This document shows positions 13,644-24,766 of a DNA stretch of 64,000 nucleotides, one piece after another. The DNA comes from Amoebophrya sp. A120 (Eukaryota; Protista; Dinoflagellata), in contig CAJINV010000004.1 of the NCBI GenBank assembly GCA_905178155.1, positions 5,410,535-5,474,534 on the forward strand, written 5' to 3'. The notes beneath the pieces were generated by a model that saw only the letters and a program-made list of their open reading frames with translations, was not told the origin of the DNA and did not search any database. The translations under genes were made by a program, and so were the position numbers. Each line of letters opens with the position of its first letter. Within the stretch, counting starts at the first letter, position 1.

Positions 13644-16217
13644 GTGAAAGGCGGAATGAAGAGTATTCCGGGCTCGGACTGCGCCCTTAACAGGGCGGAC
13701 TTTCAGAACCACTCTACCACCGCGACAGAGGACCTGCAACAACATCAGCCTGCAGAGCCTGTGCTGCCTTCTGCAGAGCCGGCCCCGAAACGGGCGTATG
13801 CGGGTGTGCGAGCCATAGACGCCAAAAGGGCGGACCAGACGCACGAGCCCGGTTCTATGCCGTCGCAGAAGGACGTGCTGAAGAAGACCACCAGCAGAAA
13901 CAAGTTACGCAATACAAATTTCCTGCTCATGTGCAAAATGCATGGCAAATCTAAAGCAAGTTTCAGCATGCCGCTTGTCATGCTGAATAGGGTCGGAGTA
14001 CAAGTCTGTCATGCAGAAACCGAGTTCGTACTTGTGCGGGAAATTTCCCATGGATACAAGTGGAACGAAGACGATAAGCATGAGAAGCTGCGGCACCATT
14101 ACATCGCGGCGGAAATGGACAAAGAAAAGCGGAAAGAAGAAATCCGGAAGATGTCGGAGGCCGAGATCGAAGAAGTGGACAAAGAAGAGAAGCGGCCGCT
14201 TATTATCTGTCAGCGGGAAAGCGGATTCTACCAGGCGGTGGAAGCGGACGTGACGAAGCGGCACCAGAGTGAAACCTTCGACGCAACCAAATGGCTTCCC
14301 GCCATGTGTAACCGGACGAACCAGCAGGTCGGGCAGGAAACGCCGCCGGAAATAACGGCCAAAGGACGGCCAAAGCCCGCAAGTGCAGTGCTATTTGCGC
14401 GGTATTTGCGGTCGCGGAGAGCGCGGGTGCGCGAGCTGCGGAAGGAACGCAAAGAAGCAGGTGTTGCGGAGGGCGAATTGAATGATCTGAAGCTTGCGGT
14501 GGAGGAAGATGACGATACGCAAGACAAATTGTAGAACAGCCCTGCTTTTGCGTTCAGATTTTGTATTTGTGATTGCATGACACCCTGCGAAAGATACGCT
14601 TTTGCTTTTCGAGAACAACAGCAACATAGCATGACAAGTTGGCACCAGATTTGTCCTCTTGGAAAACACGAGCACAGCGCTTCCGTGATAGCAGACTTGA
14701 TCGTGCTGAAATACAAAAGCAGGGCGTTCTACAAGTTTGAACGGCATACGCGAAGATGAAGAGCCGGTGGAGGATGACGAAGATCCCAGCAACGACGCAG
14801 CGGCTCTCATCCCCGAGGAGGTGGCGCAAGGACGGGACGTCTGCGCCCTGTTCTCGCCGTTTGTGATCACCAGATTCCTGAATACCAAGACGAAGCAGTG
14901 GGTGCCGTTTCTAATCTCCGACTGCGTATTGACGCCCGCCAGCTTCAAGGCAATCAAGCTGCTCTACACGGGGAAACCGGAAGCGTGGCACAAAGCGACG
15001 CTCTACACATCCCACAAGGACTACCTGTTCTCTGACAGCGAGGCTACCGACTACGACCTCGACACAATCTCCGAAATGTACACATTGGAGATAAAGGACG
15101 CGGATGATACAGGCCGTGTGCGCTTGTATTGCGGAAAGCAGGCGCAGCTGCTGAAGCCCGGTGGCCCGAAGGTGAAAGCGGGGAAGGTCGGTGGAGGAGA
15201 AGGTGATCAAGGAGGACTGGGCTTCTGCTACCAACGAGCAGAAGGCCGCACAGATGGATCAGCTACAGAAGTTTTTGCAGCCCGTTTCCGACGCTGCTTG
15301 TGCACCAAAGGCGAAGGACAAGATTTTCGTGATCCAGGAGAGCAGAATGGTGGCGCTTCCGGTCCGCGCGGAGGAACTGGATCCGCAGGCAATCCGCGTC
15401 GAAAAGGAAACCCAATCTGGTAAAGCGACGCAAACACAGTCGAATCTGGAAACGCAGACGGGATCGCAGGCTACCGCGAAGTCGAGCGACGATCGAAATT
15501 TCCGGCAAGGAGTACAAGCTCCACATCTCCGCGCGACAAGAAACCATCAATCAGTTGGAACCGATGAGAATTGATGGCTTCAAGATAAAGGAGGCAAGCT
15601 CCGTCTCCGACCGCAAAACCGAAGGGCGAGATAGCATCCGGCTGCAGATTTTCGCGTTGGAAAAGAAGTTGAAGCAGAAGCTGGCAAAGCAGATCTTGAA
15701 CCCGAACACTACGCGGCACTGCCAGTCGAAGGGGCAGACCTTGGGGCGCGGTATGCGATTCGACGAAGCCGACGGTCCCCGCTGGACTGACGCGCGTTTG
15801 TCGGTGTGGGGTGTACGCGCCCGTTTTATCGCCGAAAAAGCTGGCGACAACACCGACTACGAGCGGAAATGCAATGATGAAGACGTCGAAATCCTCAAGC
15901 AGCAGTACAGCCTGTACATGAATGACGTGCACCAATGGGCCCAGACCCGCGCCGGTGGCTGCACAACGAAACTGAAGGAGTTGGAATACGAAATGGAGAT
16001 TGACAAGCGCACGCCGCAGTGCCTCGATCCGCGGAATACTACCAGCGAGTGGCTTGACTTCCGTGACGCCACGGAAGGGGAGAAGGACATCAGTACCAAG
16101 TTGGTCGAGCGGCAGAAGGAGAAGAACTCCAAGAAGAATAAAGGCGGCTTTCTGCCCACGGTTCCGGAAGTGGAGTACGAAGCTGCTTTGGAGGTCCATG
16201 TGCCGGCGATTGCGTGA
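13644..16217 (+). pseudogene. Charged protein coding region (transposase C-terminal extension or second ORF) with apparent frameshifts
   Basis: Consecutive + ORFs 13644-14534, 14737-15423, 15191-15574 and 15555-16217; TIR intron at ~14529-14734; frame changes near 15190 and 15500. Confidence 0.5.
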
Positions 16218-17730
16218 TGGAGCGACGGCGTACCTGATAGAGTTTTATTTGTAAATTATGAACAAGAATCTCAACTCTCTCTCGTCTCCGTTTTTTCTCC
16301 TGAAAAAGGAGATCATTTCTGAGACCAAAAAATGTCCTCTGAATAACTTTTGAATATCTTTTGATTTTTCAGTTTCGAAACAGCAAAGTGAAAAAGATTA
16401 TCTTTTTTTGAGCTCTCTGAGTATCTTTTTCGGAGAGCTCTGTTTATCTTTAGGCCGATGGTATACTCGGATTTCCAGCACCTTCTGAATATCTTTTTCA
16501 GAGGCTTCTGAATAACTTTCAAAGATATGTAAATGGTGCTTCACTACCTCCGAACCTACTCACTTTTTGACCTCTCTGAATATCTTTTTGGAGTCAAAAA
16601 ATGTCTCGCTTTGGATGATCGTTTCTTCTAGAAAAATCTAAGTTAAAAGAAGCTCTCTCAGACAACGCAACTCTTCTTGCAAAAGGTAGATTAGGAACTA
16701 GCAAAATACCTTCCTGTAGTAGTGTAGTACTGCCAGCGCGCTTGCGTGATACCAGCGGAGCCGACGACCATGGACTACCTGGAATGGACCTTTGACCATG
16801 GAAACCTTCAACGCGCACGGGTACTACACCACCTACTGCGCCTCTGCTGTTACCGTGGGCCTCGTGGACTTTGGTGCGTACTTGACGTTGGTGACCATAG
16901 CCGCGAACTTGCCGTTGCTGGTGTTGCGCGGCGTGCTGGCATAGTTATTAATTGTAGAATAAATAGAATTTACAACAAGACTGCGAAAGCATTATAGTAG
17001 GTCGAAAGTAACATAAGAACAAGTAAAAAAGTACAACACACGCATGTAGTAGAACATACACAACAGACATTGGGAAAGCATACACGGCAAAGACCGTCCT
17101 TGACTGATATAGAGCAGAAAACAGCCTGCAGTCGCATACAGATTTGCTTTGTACAGGAATAGTTTCCGGGTGTGAGCACGCAATATGCATGACAAACACC
17201 ACGAAGAGAATTAGTGTCTCATCATCGCGACGCAGGAATAGGGAACATAAGCACAAAAGTCCACACGTAGAATGGAAAAACAACATCTCTGTACCTCTGG
17301 AGTCTTGTGCTCCGCTGCTGGTCTGAATGCCATCTTTTCCGTTCATTTCGTATCAACACTGCTAAGGACGAGCGACCTGATGTTAGTTATGGCTACTTTG
17401 CTTTGATATCACATCTCGCAAGCACTGAGCTGGATCTCAATTGATAGTTCTGAAAAAAAAAGCACGAAAGCGCATGTGTAACAGTGTCGGTTCTTTGTTT
17501 ATGAATTTGAGATGAGGAGGCGCTACTGAAACTACAGCAATTCTTCTCTTTCCACGCACCAATCGGTCCACAAGAAATCGCGTTTTTTTTTGCCTAGAAT
17601 AACGATGACCTTAAACGGGCAGTTTTCACTTTGCACTTCTAATCAAAACCGTAGGGAGAAAAACTTCAACAGTTTTTGCGTGAGGAAACTCAACCTTCTC
17701 TGAGTTCCTCTTCCTTCTGAAAAAGCAATA

Positions 17731-20700
17731 ATGGCACTGCGTCGTCAGCCGACCGACCAAGTCGCCCAGGAGTTTGTCCAACGGGCGCAGATGGACGTAT
17801 AATTTTTGGAACATGATGCGTTTTTCTGATGCAGAATTGATGTTGCTTTGGAAACAGATGACTTATGGACTCTTCAGAAATAAACTGAATCTACATCAAA
17901 TACAGCCCGACGCTACCCTCCTGGCCGCGATTGAACACGTCTATCGTCAAGAAGGCCGCGCGCGTACTCGGTTGACTTCTCGTGTGCAGTTTTTGAGCCG
18001 CCTCGACAACGAGCAGATCAACTCGCAGCTGTCGTGTCCGTTTGAGCAAACATATGCATTACAAATTACCCTTGCGCTTCACTCTTTGCATGATGATAGC
18101 GTCGTGATAAAAAACAGCTGGTCATGCGTGATTGTCATGCGTTACGAGCATAGTTTACACCTTTGGCGAGGCTGTGGCGCAGCGCAAGTTTCCCTTGCAT
18201 ACTTTCATTGCCCGCCACATGCTCCGCCTGCCCGGACCGGTGAAGCTGTGCTTGCACTCGCGCACGGACTACCTGCACCGCGAAATCATGACCATGACCA
18301 CCCGCGATTTTAACGGGATCACTCCCGTCCAGGAGTTACGTGTGGCCGTATTAATGCATGAGTTATTTGCTTCAAATTTGCGGCGATAAGAGCGCGTTTT
18401 TCTGCGCATGCAAAAAGATAGATCTGTCATGCAAAAAGCACCACTCGACGTGATGAATTCGTGAAGTGTTATCGACATGAACAAAAAACCACTACAGAGC
18501 CACCTTGTGGGTCGTTATCAATCCATAAGTGATGAGCAGTCGGCGGCGCGTGCTCTCGCTTCCTGCGCGAAGTTAATGCCCCTGCTCCGCTTCGAGGCCA
18601 GCAAGGTGCAGCTGGAGATGGCTGCCGTCCACGCGCTGTGTCAGGGTTCCTTGTATCGTCGCGGGAACACCCAGCAGACCCGCACCCTGTCCGACTTTTC
18701 TGCCTGGTATCAGTACCTGTTTTGCAAAGAGGGACTTTTGATTTCTAGGTGAGCAACAGATGCTCCTGCATGACATGCAACGCCAAAACTCCTTTTAGAA
18801 ATGGAAATTTGTAACGCAAAAAGTGATACCGTAACAGGGCCCAGGGTCGCGGTCGCGCCTACTGCGCCGGTGCTACTCCGTTGACCGAGATCAAGGAGAA
18901 CTGCGAGTTGATCCAGGGTGCCTTGTTGAGCAAGCAGGTCCGCCAGCTGGAGACCATCGCTGTGAACGACGTGCTGGGAGCCGGTGATCCGGATCAGCCC
19001 CAGACGGTCCAGGAGCTGTTTTTCGAGAAGATCTCCGAGGTGCAGTATAGTGAGTGCTTTTTCTAGAAAAAAGTATCAGGCTTCTCATGCTTTCCGTAAG
19101 AGGATCACGCCAGTCATAGGAGGAGAGAGAGATGCTTCTTTTTGAGACAGATTTGCACGCTTTCACGTACCTTTGCCGCGTATAATTCTATCTTTATCAT
19201 TTCAAAACTCCATACCTTCAGGTGCTAGAGAAGGCTGCCACGGATGAGTTGTTGATCGTCGTGAAGAATGAGATCAAGGAGTTGCTCCGTACTGGCAACC
19301 CCACTGCCACGGACATGTATGTGAGTGAGAACATAAGAAGGTCACTTGAGATATGATGCTCGTGCTTGATAACCTCGTGTCATGGTGGCCATGCGAAGAC
19401 ATGCGTGGAATTTTGAGCTTTGTCATGCAGAAACAGAATATCTTAGAGCTCGGACAGCTGTATCGGTATTTCGAACAAAAAAGCTCGCCAGACATGCACG
19501 AAAATCGAGCATCATAGCCCATCCCGCCTTCTCCACTTTTGCTTGCATAATCTCCAGTCGGTTGAGCGTGCGTTCTCCACGTCCCCGTGCCCGGAGATGT
19601 TGTACTGGAACGCTGCTGCCGCCGCGCACTCGTACATGGGCGATACGGATATCGATGACCTGGTATGAAAGTGCTTCTTTTTGAGTTGTAGAATCAGCTA
19701 CGCCAAAGCGTCTTCATTACGACCTATATTCGCACGCTGCGTTGCTGTTCAAAAATCCGGAGCAGTCGTTGTTTCTTTACGCATGCAGGACGACAATTTC
19801 AAAACTTAAAAACAACTATAAATAACAACAGCGCCAGATGTGGTTTCGTACGTACTTGACCAACATCATCAACTGGATGGGCCGCGACTCCGGTCCGCAC
19901 CCGGTCTTGCAGTGCATGGACACCTTGATCACCCGCGTTAAGGAGGGGTTTCCGAAATGCCAGAAGCTTCCCCAGAACACCTTCTTGGAGATGACCGGCC
20001 GCTTTCGGAGCCAGCTCCTCGCCATGGACCAGAACCGTATTGATGGAGAATTTTCCACGTTGAAGGGGCAGTTGACCGCCATGACGACTACCTGCGAGAA
20101 CGCCCTTCCGTTCGACCAGCGCGATGGGATTCTGGAGATGTCCGGCGTCAGCGACTTCTTCGTGAACTTCCCGGTCCCGGATCGCAGCCCGGTGAAGCCG
20201 TTGTGCGACTTGTGTGTCATGATCTGCAACGTCTTCGCCAACGGGCCGGAGAACCTGAACATCCAGAACATCGCCCGCGATGCTCTGACGATGAAGAACG
20301 AGTACGATCAGAAGTTCGTTGGGGCGTTTCCCTCCATGATCGACGCCGCGCAGGGATTGCTCACGGCTTTCGTGAAGATGATGCAGTCCACGGAGGAGGG
20401 GGCGCTCCGGACGCACCTTTCCAACGGTACAATAAGACTAAGAGCGAAAAGATGACGTTGCGAGGGAGGAGTGTTGATTTTTGACGCGAGCGCTACAACC
20501 ACTCAGAGGCGCGTATGAAAATCGGTCCCGTGCATACAAATTTCAATTTCAACTACACAAAACTACTCACAGGTCAGTACGACCAGGCCATGGCGGAGCT
20601 CAACCGCATGGAGCTCCCCATGGCGTTCTTGGACATGGACGTCCGGCAGCGTCTTTACAAAGAGATCGAGAGGGAGCGTCCCGTTGCCGGTGCCGCCAAA

Positions 20701-20868
20701 GCTGCCGGTGGTCCCGCGGGGAACGGTGAACCCGCGCCCCAACGACGACGCATCAGCATCAACTTGCACCAGGCCGTGCCGCAGCAGCCCGCTGCCCAGA
20801 TTGGTGTGATCCCGAATCCGGATGATGATCCCACGCTCAATGCGGACACTGCGGAAGTCGACGTGTGA
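17731..20868 (+). CDS. Multi-exon cargo gene of unknown function inside the transposon
   Basis: ATG at 17731 (MALRRQPTDQVAQEF). Coding-like exons include 18500-18710, 18840-19050, 19835-20427 and 20573-20868, separated by GT-AG and TIR introns. Confidence 0.55.
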
Positions 20869-22234
20869 TTTTGCTATTCAGAATTAGAAATAGCACTGTC
20901 GTCAAAGTAGAATTGATAACCACGCGCACCGCGCTGGCACCTGTATGATGATGATTACACCTCGGCACTCTTTTCCTTTGACTTTCGACTATACTATACC
21001 TGAGAAGGGGCAGTGGTAAATCTGCCATGCTTAGTGACCTTCTTCTGTTTCTACAACAAATGCACAATTCCACTTTGGCCATCAGTTTTCGATCATAGAG
21101 CTTGTTGTATGATGTAACAGCACAAGTGATTTAAGCCCCTACACTTTGCGCACGGGGTGCAATTTAGTAGGAGTTACTAGCTTGAGTGAAAAACCGTTGG
21201 GCTCTAGTGACAAACATACTCCAGCACTCACATCGTGGTGGAGGATACAATTTCTACACAGGGGGTCGAGAATCTAATTGTAAAAATTATTATTATTGAT
21301 TTTTTTAGTGTGGAGGCGTGAGTTTCTGATGACTAGTTCTGCACTGTACATAGAGTTTTGCAATTCGGAATTGGTGTAAAGCCAGAGTCTGAATTGTCAA
21401 ATTTCACTTTGGGGTTGGAAAAGAAAAATACAAACGCGATACACATTCTAGGTAGTAGAACTTTTATTGTTCGCGTTACACATGGCACAAGCAGCACAGG
21501 TCGGTGGAAGAATTCGGTGAAAGAACTTGGAAACTCGGTCGAAAGACGCGCGCACATGAAGGCTTGGTAGTGATGGAGTCGGAGACTCGGTGTGAATGTG
21601 TGTTTGTATGCCAGAGCTGGCAAGCGTCGTCGGTGTGCCCGTAGCTGCGATAGTGAAAAGGCTCGCGGTGATGGAAAAGGGGACTCGCGAATAGAACAAA
21701 AGAGCCGCTAGTTCTCACATCGTACACACACTCTTCTATGCTAATCGTCCTTCATAGTAGCAACTCAAACCAGAACACTCTTAGACCAGTTTCGCAATCT
21801 CAGCCGCTTCTCAAAAAAAAACGATCATCTTGTATACGTAACTTCACAACTTCGCAAAATCTCGCTTCTACTTCACATCTATCACAAGAAAAAACACAAT
21901 CTTCACATCTACAGCGTACATGCTCGCGTCATACATAGCTTTACACTTTTTACATTCAGACTTGTAGCCACACATGCACACTTGCTGATACAAAATGGAA
22001 GCCGCCTCCCCGGGCGGGATATAAGTTCGGGCGTATTGCAAAACTGGCAAGAGATCGCGCGCAAAGAAAGAAGTTCTTACTCATGCATAGGTGCGTAGTC
22101 CGTTCATACACATACACGGCTGCGCCGTCCGATCGATCTGATTATGCTTTTCGTGTGGACATACAAACACACTGCAGGAGCGACTAGTACTACACAGCTA
22201 CCAAAACACGCTTAACGCAGCTCCCGCTGAGCTT

Positions 22235-22920
22235 TGCGATTGTGGCGAAGGGCGATTGTGGCGAAGGGCGACTGTGGACCGCCCGGTCGACGGGCAATTG
22301 TGGATGTGGCGAAGGGCGACTGTGGATGTGGCGAAGGGCTGTTTGGAAGAAGGGCGATTGTGGATGTGGCGAAGGGCGATCGTGGATCCGCCGCCGACAG
22401 CTGCGATTGTGGACGCGACAGTGGCCACTGCGGGTGGAGCGTGGAATGCGAGAAGCGGGTGGAGCGGCCGACGCGAAAATGTGGATGCGACAGTGGCCAC
22501 TGCGGGTGGAGCCGTGGATGCGAGACGGCGGTGGCGCGGCGACTGCGAAATGTGGATGCGGCAGTGGCCACTGCGGGTGGCGCGGTGGACGCGAGACGGT
22601 GGTGACACGGCGGCTGCGAAATGCGGATGCGGCAGTGGCCACTGCGGGTGGAGCGGTGGACGCGCGATGCGGGTGGAAGTGCGGCTGCGAAATGTGGATG
22701 CGGCAGTGGCCACTGCCGGTGGAGCGGTGGACGCGAGATGCGGGTGGAGCGGCCGCTGCGAAATGTGGAAGCGGCAGTGGCCACTGCGGGTGGAGCGGTG
22801 GATGCGAGACGAGTGTGGAGCAGCGGCTGCGAAAAGTGGATGCTGCAGTGGCCACTGCGGCTGTCGCGGTGGATGCGACATGCGGGCGGAACGACGGCTG
22901 CGGAATGTGGACTGCGAATG
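22235..22920. repeat. Right subterminal tandem repeats (~21-bp units, then ~71-bp units with palindrome cagtggccactg)
   Basis: cagtggccactg at 22419, 22491, 22562, 22633, 22704, 22775, 22846; tgtggatgtggcgaagggcga repeats precede it. Confidence 0.9.
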
Positions 22921-24766
22921 GAGCCTCCAGCTGTAGCTCTGCTACCAACGCGTGGAGGCGTGCTGCTGACGGGTGGATGTGGATTGCGGATACCAGCGTG
23001 CTGGCGACGCGCAATCGCAACTGCGGACGGAGCGGAGACGGGACGCGGAAAATACGGCGTTCACTGCGACGACAGCGGGGAGCGGAACTGCAGACACGAC
23101 TCAAACATATGCGGAATCTAGTTTACAGTGAGTATTGTGAAGCTTGCATGAGGTGGTGGCTCTCTCTGATCAAAAAAAAAAGCAGGTGGCGAACACAAAT
23201 CCGAACGGCGACATTTACGGGCGACGACCATCATCGCGTTGTGCTTTTTCTAATCACAAAAAGCTCAAATTGCGTGCGTAGACTTGTAGTCTGCGGCGAT
23301 GCGGGCATGATGCCTAAACAAGAACACCTTCGCGAGCCGGCGATCCCCACCTGATGTTGGTTGAGGTGGGAGGCCGGCCAGTTTGGTGCTCGCGAAAAAA
23401 ATACTTTCCAAAGAAATCCGGAAGAAATCCGAAATCCGGGGCCCATCAGAGCGCGGCGGCGCCAAGTCTTCCACTTTCTCGCCACCATCCGCACTGCCGT
23501 CCGGCTGCAGGGTCTGGGAGGATTTACCCTGGGAGGATTTACCCTTTCCGCTCCCGCGGAAGTTCTTCGCGTCGTCCTCGTAGGCAGTCACCTCCCCCAT
23601 TTTGCCCAGCGATTGCACCGCTGCCAGGGTGGTAACAACATGGCCACGCTTACCGCACCGGTTCGCGGGTTTGCTGCGCATTTTCGTGCCGGAGGAAGCT
23701 GCGACGAGAGTCATTTTGTCGAACGAAGGAAAATATGTCACGCTGGTCCTTAATACCGGATCGGGGAGAGGTTTTCTCCACTTGAGCCAGTTTAAAAGTT
23801 CTCTTACCGCTCAATCAATCACCTATCTCTAGTACCTGCACCTTGTAGACTTGTCAGAAGAAGACCATCAGTTCTGTAGTTGAAGAAAAAACCCCCGAAG
23901 CAAAAGTCACTCTGCAGTATCTCCCTGCTTCCCTCCACCCTGACGTCCTCTCCGGCCAAACATGTCCAATACGCTCACTCTGAAGATTTTTCTGAAACGA
24001 AAAATAAAACCACTCGCGCACAAGATTTGAACATGGAGACGGAAAGGTGCATATTTATCCGGATTCTATTTTTTCCGAGGCAAAAAACCTACGCTTGTTT
24101 CATGTCGTGAAAAGAACATTTGTGGTTTCAAACAACGATCATAAAGCCACGATTTTTTGATTAGAAGTCCACACTCCTTTTCATCGCGTAGTAGATTTAC
24201 TATACTCATCTTACATTTTGGCTTCCATTTAATCCTGCCCCAGTAGGGGCGACAGAGTTTCTCTTTTCGGTCGCGCATCGCAGCGGGCTGCGAAAGAGCT
24301 CCTTTACCTGTCGAAAGTCACGCCCTCGTGCTGTGACTGCTGGACCTGGTTTTGTTGTTTCTCTTGCTCCGAGATCGTGTTCCCGCCCTTCTGCAGCTGT
24401 GGTTTGATTCCTTTTTCTAGCGGCTGTTTTTGCGGCGCAGGAGCCTTCGTTTGTTGCGTCGCACCCTTCATCTGTTGCGACGCACCCGTCGTCTGTTGCG
24501 ACGCACCCTTCAACATCTGTTACGACGCAATCCTCGGTCTTCACGGAGCACGTTTCTGTAGTTGCGGCGGACCACCCTTCTGTTGCTCCGGGTTTCCCCT
24601 CGACCATGGCTTTTTGTCCTGTACTCCCCCCTGCTTCCAATTCTGCATGGTCGTGTGAAGAAGATCTACTGACCAGTAAAAGATCCCCCTTAATTATACG
24701 CCTGTTCTCCTTGCGCACCATCCTCCTCTTCTTGCGTCTTCCGGGAACATCAATTTTCTGCTGTAG

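Larger units (their letters stand above)
9440..23465 (+). mobile_element. 14-kb DNA transposon with imperfect TIRs and a 6-bp TSD (Mutator/Zisupton-clan DDE)
   Basis: The left end ttggggtcgccgcttctgatg...cggatttcttccggatttctttggaaa is inverted at the right end (tttccaaagaaatccggaagaaatccg...catcagagcgcggcggcgccaa). gtcttc flanks both ends (9434-9439, 23466-23471). Both ends carry subterminal tandem repeats, and the internal genes are on + while host genes are on -. Confidence 0.8.

Noticed and set aside
22190-23354. Multiple long overlapping ORFs on both strands
   Set aside because: Stop-free frames produced by GC-rich tandem repeats
9440-23465. Polinton/Maverick (suggested by size and the 6-bp TSD)
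   Set aside because: No pPolB, retroviral integrase, ATPase or capsid recognised; termini are not AG...CT
24206-24721. 171-aa ORF with short 21-nt repeats
   Set aside because: No recognisable domain and the frame is ambiguous; cannot be supported as a gene
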